Shown in pieces: positions 33,379-43,902 of a DNA stretch of 64,000 bases. This stretch comes from Candidatus Bathyarchaeota archaeon (GTDB lineage Archaea > Thermoproteota > Bathyarchaeia > 40CM-2-53-6 > RBG-13-38-9), in the NCBI GenBank assembly GCA_963807605.1, contig CAWECG010000002.1, positions 24,779 to 88,778 of the forward strand, written 5' to 3'. Below the pieces are notes generated by a model. It was not told where the DNA came from. It saw only the letters and a program-made list of their open reading frames with translations, and ran no database searches. Position 1 is the first letter of the stretch, and the number at the start of each line of letters is the position of its first letter. The translations under genes were made by a program, and so were the position numbers.

Positions 33379-33462
33379 GAGCGCTACTAGTTTGGGAGGT
33401 ATTGGGTCCTTTATTTTTTCAGTCCCTCTTTCATTGAAAGCGCGTGAACCGATAGGCGTAGT

Positions 33463-34041
33463 TCACTTTTTACTACGTCTGGTTCTCAGCACGTAACCTG
33501 ATGCCACTGCTATTGCCGCTAACGATGCAACTGGAACCACAAGATTTTCTCCCCCGCCGGGGGAAGCGAACATTGGGGTAGTAGTTGGTTCGGGTGTTGA
33601 AGTCGTTTCTATTGCTGTGGTAATGGGTGACTCGGCGGTTGTCGGCGTTGCCATAGGCGATGGAGTCTGAGTGGGAGTTGGCGATGGAGTCGTAGTTGGG
33701 GTGGGCAATACCGTCGACTGGGTAGATGTTGCAGTCGCATTGGGTGGAGCTTGAGCAGCATTACATACAGGCGGCTTGCATATTGAACAGGGTCTATATC
33801 CTTTACTTTCTGCGTCGCATTCATTAGTAAACCAAACCAGATTTGCAGGCTTTATTCGTTTGGCCTCAGGGCAGTTAGGGTAATGGTATACGTTGCTGTT
33901 CTTGCTACCGCAAAACATCCCTTGTGGAGTTCCAAGGGTCTGTTGATAATTGAGGAGGATTCCGGAGAAAGTAGTCACCATAAGTATGCATAGAAAACTT
34001 GCGTATACGACGGGGCGCAAATCGATCCCCGTTATAACCAT
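33463..34041 (-). CDS. Surface protein with Ada-like metal-binding domain and PT-rich linker
   Basis: GSKNSNVYHYPNC..GYRPCSICKP; signal peptide and C-terminal TM helix. Confidence 0.8.
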   Translation of the reverse strand: MVITGIDLRPVVYASFLCILMVTTFSGILLNYQQTLGTPQGMFCGSKNSNVYHYPNCPEAKRIKPANLVWFTNECDAESKGYRPCSICKPPVCNAAQAPPNATATSTQSTVLPTPTTTPSPTPTQTPSPMATPTTAESPITTAIETTSTPEPTTTPMFASPGGGENLVVPVASLAAIAVASGYVLRTRRSKK

Positions 34042-34360
34042 TTTAAAGGAGATCTGAATTTAAGACTTTTATCGAGCTATAGCGTTGTCGAACATTAGCA
34101 TTTGGACGTACCAATAGACGAGTTTTACTGGTTCTTAATGGGGCTGTTGTGTTCTGAAATGTTTAGAGCACTCCATCTCCATCTGCTCTGATTGTTGGGC
34201 GAAGTATCTACACGAAAACGAATTTCACACATATCAGGTTGAGAAAATCGGTTGTCCAAAAGGATCATGTCGAACTGAACCTACAAAATCCAGCACACGC
34301 GCGTGTTTTCCGCAAGAGCTAACTAATTCTTCAGATGATTGATTTTAGTGAAGATAACCG

Positions 34361-35389
34361 TTGCCTTTTTGCATGAATTGTGGCAAGGAACTGAGCCGCT
34401 TCTCAAATGTGCCCTACTGCTCTGATTGCGCCAAAGTGGATACGCCTCGTTGTTCAACCTGCAATTCTCCATTAGTCACGGTCAAAGTTTCCACTGGTTT
34501 AGACAAGTTCTCCAAGCTTAGAGGAATCGATGAGTACCTTACTGCGGAGATGTGCAAGACATGCATGAAGGTAACAGTGCGTCTGGACCTGATCTCTGAC
34601 GGTTTGATGTCTGTCTTTGTCGGTCGTGTGGTCCGAGTTGATCGTGAGCGCTATGGCAAGCGGATAGTTCAAATACCAACAAGTTATCCTGAGGAGGCCT
34701 CAGGAAAGATTCTGAGATTTTCTTTCTATCATCCGATCAGAAGAGGAGATAGAGTAGCGATTGCAGGACAGCCGTCAACCGATTGGATTGAACCAATATT
34801 AATCAGGAACCTGTCTGCAGGCTCAGAGAAGATAGGAGGATCACTCTACGCCCAAGTCTTGGTTGAAGACCGGAAGAACCTCAAGATTGCGAACCCACTA
34901 GTCATGAAAGCTCAGAAACAAATTGACGCAGCCTTGAAGTCATATGAAGAGCAATTAGCGAGAATTGTGACGCGTTCTTCCGAATCTAGGATGCTGAGCC
35001 CCTCGGAATTCGAAATGTTGGTGGCTGACCTCTTTGAGCGACTAAGCTTTCAGAACGTTATGATTACCGGCGGAGCGGGCGACAAGGGCGTAGACATAGA
35101 AGCATCCCGAGTCGAGGAGGGTAGCGGCAAGCTTTCCAGAATCATAGTTCAGTGCGCGCACCAAAGCATGATCAACCGAGTAATGCCCACGCAGGTTAGA
35201 GATTTCGCCCATACGATAGAAAGAGAAAAGAAAAATGATGTTTGTCGCGGGTACTTTGTGACAAGCTCTTACTTCTCTCCAGAGTGTTTTGACAAAGAGA
35301 ACTGTGGAGACGACATGGAGCTTATAGACCGTGACCAGCTGGAATTATTGTTGAAGAAAGCGGGACTGCCCTTTCCTGAACTACGATAA
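34361..35389 (+). CDS. Mrr-family restriction endonuclease with N-terminal Zn ribbons
   Basis: FEMLVADLF, GGAGDKGVDI, IVQC, VRDF, YFVTSSYFS, ELID. Confidence 0.82.
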   Translation: MPFCMNCGKELSRFSNVPYCSDCAKVDTPRCSTCNSPLVTVKVSTGLDKFSKLRGIDEYLTAEMCKTCMKVTVRLDLISDGLMSVFVGRVVRVDRERYGKRIVQIPTSYPEEASGKILRFSFYHPIRRGDRVAIAGQPSTDWIEPILIRNLSAGSEKIGGSLYAQVLVEDRKNLKIANPLVMKAQKQIDAALKSYEEQLARIVTRSSESRMLSPSEFEMLVADLFERLSFQNVMITGGAGDKGVDIEASRVEEGSGKLSRIIVQCAHQSMINRVMPTQVRDFAHTIEREKKNDVCRGYFVTSSYFSPECFDKENCGDDMELIDRDQLELLLKKAGLPFPELR

Positions 35390-35450
35390 TGGTTCATGTT
35401 TCAGTCACGTTCGCTGACGACGACAAACCAAAGAATAGGGGTATAGTGGC

Positions 35451-35600
35451 ATGAAGATTTTTCACAACTACGTTCGACCGCACGAAGAACTGAAAGGTAA
35501 GACTCCTGCGGAAGCTGCTGGAATCAAGATTGAAGGAAAAAACAAGTGGATAACACTAATTGAGAATGCCTATGAAATCGCAAAGGCTAGGCGAAACTAG
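35451..35600 (+). mobile_element. IS6-like DDE transposase C-terminal remnant
   Basis: IFHNYVRPHEELKGKTPAEAAGIKIEGKNKWITLIENA. Confidence 0.7.
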
Positions 35601-36124
35601 CTGAGTGTTGCTAGAATGAGGTAGCCTCCGAATGCCGTGACAATGATGCCCACCATTAAGAACAATAGCCCTAACTGTAGGTAGATGAATTTGCACTTGT
35701 TCGTCTTCTGATGAAATTCAGTTGCATCACTTAGTTGCATAGCAATCTTCTCTAAGCTATACTTGCCCTTGCCCGAATAGAAGAATTGAATTGAATCTAG
35801 CGGGTTATTGTCAGGCATTTGTGGAACGATTTCCCATTTCGGCTCCTTGAAAGCTAGAAGTGAAAAAATCGCTGTTAACATGTATGAAGCAAAACCCACC
35901 ATTATCAATATCAGAATCTCAGAGTAGTATGAAGAAAGATGGAGAAGTGCACGTGCGTCTTTGTTTGTGGCTAAGGTGATCATTAGACCAATCAAGACTG
36001 TTTGGATGATTCCAGCAAAGCTCATCAGGCTAGCAGCTTGACCTGTAAGGGTCTTTTTTCGGTCTAGCGTCAGATCATATGCACGTTGTAAATCGGTGTA
36101 TAACTTGTCCAGTTCATCAGTCAT
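35597..36124 (-). CDS. 3-TM membrane protein, Pycsar-effector-like topology
   Basis: ..QAASLMSFAGII, TM hairpin, loop, then N..K...L C-terminal TM. Confidence 0.5.
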   Translation of the reverse strand: MTDELDKLYTDLQRAYDLTLDRKKTLTGQAASLMSFAGIIQTVLIGLMITLATNKDARALLHLSSYYSEILILIMVGFASYMLTAIFSLLAFKEPKWEIVPQMPDNNPLDSIQFFYSGKGKYSLEKIAMQLSDATEFHQKTNKCKFIYLQLGLLFLMVGIIVTAFGGYLILATLS

Positions 36125-36139
36125 ATGTTTCTCCTATGC

Positions 36140-36274
36140 CTAATCATTGTTAACCATTTCACGTAGCTTGTTCGGGTAATAGCACTTACCAGATGATTTG
36201 TCATACCACTGACACTTATGAGGGTCACCTTTGCCAGGGCACTTGCTATCTGAAATCCCTTTCGGGCAAGTCAT
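36140..36274 (-). CDS. Small Cys-rich peptide (44 aa)
   Basis: MTCPKGISDSKCPGKGDPHKCQWYDKSSGKCYYPNKLREMVNND, directly upstream of the membrane gene. Confidence 0.4.
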   Translation of the reverse strand: MTCPKGISDSKCPGKGDPHKCQWYDKSSGKCYYPNKLREMVNND

Positions 36275-36951
36275 GGTCGAACAACCGTATTCATCATGAC
36301 CTATTGTGTTTTTATCAGTTTGTATTTGATTGCCTTCTGTCCAAGGTCATATTGCAAAAGCCCATTCTGTGATAATCAAAAAGAACAGGAGCATCAACCG
36401 ATTTTATCCGCTCGAATTCTTCAACCGTCAACTATCCGCCACATAAGAAAATGGCTTGAACCAATTAGAAATCGACTCCACGAAAAGTGACGCAAAATCG
36501 TTCGGCAACCGATTTTTGACACGAAAAATCTACCGGTGCGGCAGCCGTCATCTTGACGTTACCCGCCAGTTTCCACTCCATCTCTAATGAAACCAATGGT
36601 CAAGCTTTGGTTTAGCGCTAGACGTGAACCCACTTTAGACATCGACGAGCTGAATTACCATCCATGATGTCCACGATGTCCATGATTCTGGCATATTACA
36701 AGTCTATCGTAGTTGTGGTCGATGGCGGATCCAGTGGTCAAACAGCTCTTGTGGTCTAAACTGAAGGCCATGACTACGTGAAAGCATCCTCTAAATGTGA
36801 TTCTTTCATCAAGAGATATACGCACACTAAAACGATTAGCTCGCTACGTTCACTAAGATAAGAAGTGTGTGTGATCCCATTGGCGAGCAAATACAAGATT
36901 TCATTTTGTTGTTTTCGATTTCTCGTTAGGTCCTATCATTCGAAGTCAGAG

Positions 36952-37500
36952 CTATTCTCTGGCTTGTTCGACAAGTCTCTTTGCTAGTTCTCTGTCTCCT
37001 CTTTCAATCGCCTTGGAGGCTTCTTGTAGGAGGTCGTCTTTTGTAGGTGGGTAGGTTTTGCAGTCTTCACAGTACCATTTCTTGCTTTGTGACAAGTATG
37101 TTAGGGGTTTACCGCAGTTTGTGCAGTAGTATGTTGATTGAATAGCTGGTTGTGCAGTTTCAATTGGTTTCTCTTTTCTAATCAGTGCAACTATTCCGGC
37201 AACGATCAGAAGTAGAGCACCTATCCATAGTCCTAGAGCAACAAAGAGTCCAAAAAATCCGCTGATCAGCATTACTGCGCCTCCTGCTTTGGGATGGCTT
37301 TTCACGAATGCTGCCCCAATAAGCCCAATGATGGAAAGCAGTGCTCCTCCAACAGCAGCACCAAGCAAAGTGGCTGGTCCCCCAAATGCTGCAATAAACC
37401 CTCCTAGGAGGAATAGGCCAGGGGCTGAAAGTATTCCGAAGATTCCGCCTACTAGGCCGAGGATGAATTCGGCTGTTCTTTCCGCCATTAACATGCACAC
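36952..37500 (-). CDS. DUF4064-like membrane protein with Zn ribbon and C-terminal helical module
   Basis: R.AEFILGLVGGIFG; CTNCG..WYCEDC. Confidence 0.7.
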   Translation of the reverse strand: MCMLMAERTAEFILGLVGGIFGILSAPGLFLLGGFIAAFGGPATLLGAAVGGALLSIIGLIGAAFVKSHPKAGGAVMLISGFFGLFVALGLWIGALLLIVAGIVALIRKEKPIETAQPAIQSTYYCTNCGKPLTYLSQSKKWYCEDCKTYPPTKDDLLQEASKAIERGDRELAKRLVEQARE

Positions 37501-38339
37501 CTACTGGTTGCAACAATAGAAGATTTGGATTCTTCCATCAAGCTGGGTGTATTATGTTTGATAGTTGGACTATGTTTGATAACATCAGAGCAGAAACTGA
37601 TGACTGAGCTCTCATACGCACAAGCAGTCTTCGTCAATATGGATTCGTTGCGAATATCCAGAATAAATGTCGGACCTGTACTCACGGCGTTGCCGAAATA
37701 GTGTACCTCTAATGGATTTGTCGTCGCAAGGATCTCGAATACAACATGGCCAATCTTTGTGTCTTCCGGTCGAAGTGAAATTGGTAAATCGTCGGTCATA
37801 GCTTCATAGATATAGCCCTTATCAACTATGACCTCCCATCTATAGAAGAATAGGTGTGTTTCCTTGATTCCGATGTTTCTTACCTGAATTTCTAAGAGCA
37901 GAAACTTGTATCCCTCATCTGCTTTGTCGTGACCATACTCTGATGCATACCATACTGACGTGAAAGTGTACTCAATAGGGACGTCATCAACATACTCTTT
38001 CATAATGAAAGGCTTTCTCATCTCTACTGTACCCCCTTTCTGTAAGGGAGTTGGAGTCGGTGTCTCGGTCGTCGGAAGTGGGATCGCTGTTGGAGTGGCG
38101 ATTTCAGGTTTAGGTCTAGACAAAGCAGCCGTGAAAATTCCAACAATTAAGATGAAGATAATAACGATCGCTATGTTCCTGTTGGTGTGCGATGGCTTTG
38201 CGAGCGACGGTGGAGTAGCTGTTGGTAATGGAATGGGCGCCGTGATGGATGTTCCGCAATTCATGCAGAATTTCGAATTAGGTGGAAGTTCCTTTCCACA
38301 TCTTGAGCAGAATTGCACAATGGTAGCCGTCCTTTTCAC
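37488..38339 (-). CDS. Zn ribbon + TM + DUF4352-like Ig-fold protein
   Basis: FCSRCG..FCMNCG; GYKFLLLEIQVRN, LRPE...G..VFEI. Confidence 0.7.
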   Translation of the reverse strand: MKRTATIVQFCSRCGKELPPNSKFCMNCGTSITAPIPLPTATPPSLAKPSHTNRNIAIVIIFILIVGIFTAALSRPKPEIATPTAIPLPTTETPTPTPLQKGGTVEMRKPFIMKEYVDDVPIEYTFTSVWYASEYGHDKADEGYKFLLLEIQVRNIGIKETHLFFYRWEVIVDKGYIYEAMTDDLPISLRPEDTKIGHVVFEILATTNPLEVHYFGNAVSTGPTFILDIRNESILTKTACAYESSVISFCSDVIKHSPTIKHNTPSLMEESKSSIVATSRCAC

Positions 38340-38627
38340 ACAGTACCACAGAAATTTGTGGCAACATGTTGGAGATAGCTCTTTCTATACTGTTGAGAGA
38401 CTAGCTTACAGGGTCGACATGTTGCAGAAGAAGGTACACGATTGATCAGAAAAACAGAATGATATGCACTCGCGAATAACTTCGTCTGATTCGCGAAGAC
38501 TGGGTAACGATTCTCTGCTGACGTTGATATAACTGTAGTAGGGAGTGGGAGAGAAACGGGGATCGATCGTGATTTGGTGCGACTTGGCGTCCGCTATGTC
38601 CTCGATGTCCATGATTCTGCCACATCA

Positions 38628-39101
38628 CTAGTCTGCTTGAGTCACTCTTTGGAGTGACGGCCCGGCACTTTGGGCGTTCAAAATAGTTTTCAATAGCGGT
38701 AGTAGGGTTTTCAAGTCCTTAGCCCGGTAATATGGGCAGAATTGGCCCCAAGTCCATTTATTTTTGACTCTTGGTTTCTTTCCGATAATATAATAGCCGA
38801 TCCTGATCCTTTCTTCCTTTCTCCCTTTTCGTTCAAATTGAAATCTCAGAATCTCGTATATCATCTTGCTCTGTTTTAGATCACTTCGTGGCATGAACCA
38901 TTGCTCAAGTATTGGAGATTCGTGTCGTTTTTTTTCGAGCGGCCCTTTCCATGTAACTCTGTTCCTTGGTTCGAATTTTGGGAGCCCATTCTTTTTTAGG
39001 AATCTATTCAGCTTGTCGAGGTTCGGTCGACTATAGACTTTGGCCAATAGTAATCTAATACGAACGGTAATTCCAGAGATTAAAGACTTATTTTTCGTCA
39101 C
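38628..39101 (-). CDS. Basic hypothetical protein
   Basis: 157-aa ORF containing RIGYYIIGKK..WTWGQFCP. Confidence 0.55.
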   Translation of the reverse strand: MTKNKSLISGITVRIRLLLAKVYSRPNLDKLNRFLKKNGLPKFEPRNRVTWKGPLEKKRHESPILEQWFMPRSDLKQSKMIYEILRFQFERKGRKEERIRIGYYIIGKKPRVKNKWTWGQFCPYYRAKDLKTLLPLLKTILNAQSAGPSLQRVTQAD

Positions 39102-39439
39102 CAGTAGTATTTGGTTTTGGAACGAGAGTCCTCAATCTTAAATCCCAATTCTTGAACCGCCCTGCCGGCCCGCCCTATTGTGTTGTGTGGTGGTTGTTGT
39201 GGTGGGTTGTGTTTGAAATTGTGTGGTGGATCCGTGTGTGACTGGTGTTAATGCGGTGTTGTCTCTTTTATGTGGTGGCTGCTTGAGTTGATGATCAGTG
39301 CTATCACTATTCTGTCGTGTTCTTCCGGATCCGGAATCAGATGAGTCCTTACACTTCAGGATAATAACTATGGTTGACAAAATAGAAAAGCGAATTATGT
39401 GACAAGAAAGAAAGCGGCAATGATCGGCGCAGCGATATT

Positions 39440-39769
39440 AATCGTCTTGGAGAGAAGACTATTGACGATTTTCTTCACGCACGCGGCATAGTCCACGAGA
39501 AAGAACCGCGCTATCCCGCAGCTAACTATCGTGCTGACTTTGTCGTGCAAATGGTTTTCATTGAATATTTCGGTCTTCAAGGTGATCCAGATTATGACGA
39601 AAAGATCAAGGAGAAACAGAGGATCTGTATGAACTGGGGTATTGACTTAATCTCAGTGTGTCCTAGTGATCTCGTAAGTATTGCGAAACTCGAAAGCAAG
39701 CTGAAAATGATTTTGCAGAAAGCGCCGGCGGAAGCACAGTACGGGTCGAAGAAGCTGAACGAGACCTAA
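39440..39769 (+). pseudogene. PD-(D/E)XK-like nuclease fragment
   Basis: E.TIDDFLHARGIVHEKEPRYP..YRADF...FIEYFGL; N-terminus missing or disrupted. Confidence 0.5.
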
Positions 39770-39947
39770 TCCTGATCCAACGATCTTTCAAATACAGTGT
39801 CCTTACTAGCTGCAAATCCTTGATCAGGTCGTCTATCTTGTTCAAGTCAGCGCAGGCCTCGGATTCCTACTATGTGGTTTTTGATTGACCTTTTCCTTTG
39901 GACTCCGAATGTGACAACGCTCTCACTCTTCCTCAGGCGGGAGAGAG

Positions 39948-41915
39948 TCATTGTCCTTTGCATAACGAATCTAGGAAATCCTTGACAACGGAAGTTGCTT
40001 TGCAATCTTCCTCATTGTATTTGATTATCTTCTGAATCTCGGTTTTGTCTCCATCTCGAAGATAAGTCAAATAGTGTGCTATCGAAAGGAAACCATCCAT
40101 CCCTTGTTCACTCCAGCTAAATCCCAACTTTTTAGCCACTTCTTTCAAACCAAAACTATGAGTGGGGAACACGGCACAATTCTTCAATATATGGTTAAGG
40201 TCAACCATCTTACCAGTAAAATCGTCTTTGATGCCGTACTTCACAAACATTTGTTTGACATGGGTCTTCTCATAAATGCCGTAGTGGTAAATGACAAAAT
40301 CGTGCTTCGATTTCAAAAGAGAGATGAACTGCGTGAGAATTGCTCTCTCGTCGCCAATCTCGTCTGCGAAATATGGAATGTACTCTTTCTTTCCATTTTC
40401 AACGACAAGAACTCCTATCAAATAAATAGCGTTAACCCATCGCTCTTTTGATTCAATTCCAAGTCCTTCAAGAAATATATTTGAAAGATCATATGTCCCC
40501 TCAAAATCTAAGAACATTTCTGTTTTGCATTTTACGAGCGCAGGAGTACCGATTGTGATGATCCTGTTCTGCAAAGTAGCAACCGCATGAGTCTGCCATT
40601 TGGCCAAGGTTTCGGGGCCTATTCCTTTTATCTTGAGGGCATTTATGTTGGCTTTTTCTAAGTCGGAAATCGTCCTTATCCCTCCTTTTGCTAGGAGGTC
40701 CTTCTTTGCTGGACCTACTCCCGACACCAATGAGATGTCGCCAATTTCTTTGGCTTTTTTCAAGCCGAAAGACTTCCATGGTTCTTGTAGAGCTCCTTTA
40801 GTCGGGGTTATGATTCCACCATTCATGATCGCCCTTATTTTTGCGATGGAATCTTGCAGTTCGTTCGCATAACTATCGAAAGCGAAACCAAACTCTTCGT
40901 TATCTCTATTCAAAATGAAGAACGTTGGAGGCGTGTAGCCTTGTATTTTGCCGAGGACGAAATTGTTCAATGCAGTTTGAAGAATATGCTGGCGCTTCGG
41001 TTCTTTTGTCGTCTTCTTTTCCTTTACGATGTAATGGTAATTGCCAAAAACACTTTTGTGGCCACCGTTCCTTTCCAACAGGTCAGGAATCCCCAGCATT
41101 CCTTCAGGAAGATAAATCAAACGCGCCGAGTGGAACGCCCCTACGGCTTCAAAGCATCCCTTCAATACTTCAAAAAATGCCTGTTCGACTGTTTCTACTT
41201 CAACACGCTGCATTCCAGGATATTGTTCCTCGACGTACTTCTCCTCTTCTATGTTCCCAATCTTGGCAAGAATTTTCAAGGACTCAGGTTCAGGATCCTT
41301 TTCTTCTTTAGGAGCAAAAAAATCACACCAAAGATTGAAGGGCGACACTGTATGCAGCAAAACCATAGATGGGTTTATGACGGATTTCTTGTCTATCTTT
41401 CCGCCGGACATGCACATTTTGTAAAGTTCATCTAATTTGTTCATTTTGGTTTCTTTTTCTGATGGCTTAGGCTTAGGTGGTTCCGGCAGGGATTTTGCTT
41501 GGTCCATGAATCTCTTTGCGAGTTCCTTCTCTCCTTGGTCTAGTGCTTTCATTGCGCTTCGTAGGAGTTCTTCTTTGGTCAGCTGGGCAGATTTGAGGTT
41601 CTTACCGCAAACGTGGCAGAAGGTCCATGTTTCTTGGTTGACTGCCCCGCAGCTTGGACAGTGAATCTTGCTCTTTTCTGGCAATGATAGGAGCGGGTGT
41701 GATGTAATCACTGGTTCTTTACCCGGTTGCCTCTCTGAAGATTCGTGGACGTAGACAAGTAGGTAGATGATCAAGCCAAGCCAAGATGTGATGAGTGCTA
41801 TTAGGACCCAGAGGGCTCTGTCGCGAATCTTGCTCCTCCCAGAGTGCCAGTAGACTATTGCGGCTGGTATGAAATACGCAAGAATCAGTAACTCCCAAGG
41901 ACCAATAAGAGCCAA
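39948..41915 (-). CDS. TM0106-family RecB-like nuclease/HhH/RNase H-like protein with N-terminal membrane anchor and Zn ribbon
   Basis: GIPDLL..KEKK, VSGVGP HhH, FLDFE, IYHY..YE, FP..SFGLK.VA, YNEEDC.AT. Confidence 0.85.
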   Translation of the reverse strand: MALIGPWELLILAYFIPAAIVYWHSGRSKIRDRALWVLIALITSWLGLIIYLLVYVHESSERQPGKEPVITSHPLLSLPEKSKIHCPSCGAVNQETWTFCHVCGKNLKSAQLTKEELLRSAMKALDQGEKELAKRFMDQAKSLPEPPKPKPSEKETKMNKLDELYKMCMSGGKIDKKSVINPSMVLLHTVSPFNLWCDFFAPKEEKDPEPESLKILAKIGNIEEEKYVEEQYPGMQRVEVETVEQAFFEVLKGCFEAVGAFHSARLIYLPEGMLGIPDLLERNGGHKSVFGNYHYIVKEKKTTKEPKRQHILQTALNNFVLGKIQGYTPPTFFILNRDNEEFGFAFDSYANELQDSIAKIRAIMNGGIITPTKGALQEPWKSFGLKKAKEIGDISLVSGVGPAKKDLLAKGGIRTISDLEKANINALKIKGIGPETLAKWQTHAVATLQNRIITIGTPALVKCKTEMFLDFEGTYDLSNIFLEGLGIESKERWVNAIYLIGVLVVENGKKEYIPYFADEIGDERAILTQFISLLKSKHDFVIYHYGIYEKTHVKQMFVKYGIKDDFTGKMVDLNHILKNCAVFPTHSFGLKEVAKKLGFSWSEQGMDGFLSIAHYLTYLRDGDKTEIQKIIKYNEEDCKATSVVKDFLDSLCKGQ

Positions 41916-42108
41916 TAGTATTACACTGGGAGAAACCCGATTACTAATGTGTGCATTCTGTTGGGAATATGTCTTTCTATTTGTCTCAAGATTGCCCCAT
42001 TTCTTGATGTTTGGCCTTAACCCAATGATTAAATATCCCGACCTCCTATCTCCAAATCGACCTAGCGTGAACGGATTGAGTGACCCTTGTGACCTCGGCT
42101 AGGCAGGC

Positions 42109-42516
42109 TTGAGGCCAGGACGCTCCAGAAAATTTCTTTCCGGGCGGAGCTCCGAATCGTCACTCCGAATAGAGAGAAAACAGAACGATTCCGCGAGTCT
42201 CGACCTGGTGTTCTCGGCCCTTTCTAGCCCGACCCGCCGTGCCATCCTGGACATGCCCTCGAAGGGAGAATCTCGGGTTACCGAGTTGGTCAGGCCCTTC
42301 AACATCTCTCTGCCGGCGATATCCAAGCATCTAAGCGTGCTCGAGAAGGCAGAGGTCATTAGCAAGGTGAAGGAGGGGAGGGTCTACCTGTGCCGGATTG
42401 AGCCCGTCCCGCTCCAGAACGCCGCCCGATGGATTGGCGCATACGGCCCGCATTGGGAGAGGCAGCTGAAGTCGCTATCCGATTATCTCGTGAAAAAGGA
42501 GGGAGGCAAAGACTGA
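42109..42516 (+). CDS. ArsR/SmtB-family regulator
   Basis: FSALSSPTRRAIL, ISLPAISKHL.VLE, KEGR. Confidence 0.85.
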   Translation: MRPGRSRKFLSGRSSESSLRIERKQNDSASLDLVFSALSSPTRRAILDMPSKGESRVTELVRPFNISLPAISKHLSVLEKAEVISKVKEGRVYLCRIEPVPLQNAARWIGAYGPHWERQLKSLSDYLVKKEGGKD

Positions 42517-42950
42517 CCGAGAGGAATCCGACGGAGGCGCTTCAAATTCGGAGGGTCATCCCCTACGACAAAGAGAAAGTCTTCAGGGCCTGGACCGACC
42601 CTTCTGAATTGAAGAAGTGGTGGACCATAGGAGAGGGATGGAAGACACGATTCGCCGAAGTGGACCTCAGAGTAGGAGGCAAATTCACTCTGGGGAACGA
42701 GCCCGCCGGAGGGAGTATTCTGCTCATCACTGGGGAGTACCTCGTCGTTGAGCCGCCCGACAGACTGGTGTACACTTGGCGATTCCAGGGGGAGAACCCC
42801 GAGGAGAGTCTCATCACGGTCGAGTTCAAGGGAGATGGAGACAAGACAGAGATTGTGGTCACGCATGAACGGGCTTCGAAGGAGATGGCTCAGGGCGCGA
42901 TTGCAGGGTGGGAAGCCGTCCAGCATAGCCTGGAGGCCTTCTCGTCCTAG
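42513..42950 (+). CDS. SRPBCC/AHSA1 protein (probable CTG start)
   Basis: VFRAWTDP..LKKWW, DLRVGG, PPDRLVYTW; CTG overlaps the upstream TGA and follows GGAGG. Confidence 0.85.
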   Translation: MTERNPTEALQIRRVIPYDKEKVFRAWTDPSELKKWWTIGEGWKTRFAEVDLRVGGKFTLGNEPAGGSILLITGEYLVVEPPDRLVYTWRFQGENPEESLITVEFKGDGDKTEIVVTHERASKEMAQGAIAGWEAVQHSLEAFSS

Positions 42951-43010
42951 GACGGCTCGCTCCAGATAGTTAACCGAATGGTTAAGTATTCGTCATTCGT
43001 AGGTTTGTTC

Positions 43011-43427
43011 ATGGTATACATATTAGACGAAGGAAGCAAGTTCAAGGCGCCACTGGACAAGGTTTGGAAGCTGAACCAGTCCGAGGGCCTGCACAACCAT
43101 CCCAGCCTAAGGAACCAGAAGGCTGAACAGCAGGGAGAGCATGTCATACTGACCTACGAGACAGCGATGCCCGACGGGACGTGGGTCAAGCAGAAGACCC
43201 GAACCACCGCCTATCCTCCACTCGGTATAGTATTCGAGACACTCGAGGGACCGATGGCAGGCTCGAAGTCGTTCCAGTACTACACCCCGAAGGGGAATGA
43301 AACAGGCGTAACCGTCGTAGGAGAATTCACGTCGAAGGGGATTCCCGATGCCGACTTGAGGAAGGCAGTGATGGCATTCCTAGAGACGGTCTTCAATGAG
43401 GATCAGAAGAACCTGGCCCGGACGTAG
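43011..43427 (+). CDS. SRPBCC-like hypothetical protein
   Basis: FKAPLDKVW..EGPMAGS pattern. Confidence 0.55.
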   Translation: MVYILDEGSKFKAPLDKVWKLNQSEGLHNHPSLRNQKAEQQGEHVILTYETAMPDGTWVKQKTRTTAYPPLGIVFETLEGPMAGSKSFQYYTPKGNETGVTVVGEFTSKGIPDADLRKAVMAFLETVFNEDQKNLART

Positions 43428-43434
43428 GAACGGC

Positions 43435-43902
43435 ATGAATATTCCACGGTTCGTGAGCAGTCTGCGCTCTGGGAATCCGTCGGGAGGGATGATGGCCAAC
43501 AAGCCGCCGAGAATCCTTCTCTATGTCAGAGTACTGATGCTGGTGAATTTGACCCGCCTGGCAGGGCTGCAGTTCATCGCCGCCCCGAGCGGCACATGGC
43601 CGGCGTACTTCGCGTTCCCGTTCGGCACTGGCGACTTTCTGACCGCGCTCACGGTGATACCCATCGTCTGGGCGTTGGGGAAACCAGGACCCAGGAGGTA
43701 CGCACTCGGGCTTATGTGGAGCTCTCTGGGGCTGGTTGACGGCCTCTTTGGGCTCGCGGTCTCCGGCTATGGAGGGATACTCGGCCAGATAAGCTCGGCC
43801 CTCGGTCCGACTCTGTACCTCCTCCCGGTCGACCTTGCCATACAAGCCGTGGCCATAGTGGTCTTGCTCAGCGGATCCGTAGCAAGGTACATGACCAAGT
43901 GA
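43435..43902 (+). CDS. Membrane protein
   Basis: Four hydrophobic segments, operon context. Confidence 0.6.
   Translation: MNIPRFVSSLRSGNPSGGMMANKPPRILLYVRVLMLVNLTRLAGLQFIAAPSGTWPAYFAFPFGTGDFLTALTVIPIVWALGKPGPRRYALGLMWSSLGLVDGLFGLAVSGYGGILGQISSALGPTLYLLPVDLAIQAVAIVVLLSGSVARYMTK

Noticed and set aside
36665-38618. Shared ATGTCC.CGATGTCCATGATTCTG near 36667 and 38596
   Set aside because: Best explained as remnants of paralogous coding sequence (RIMDI.DI), not a regulatory repeat.
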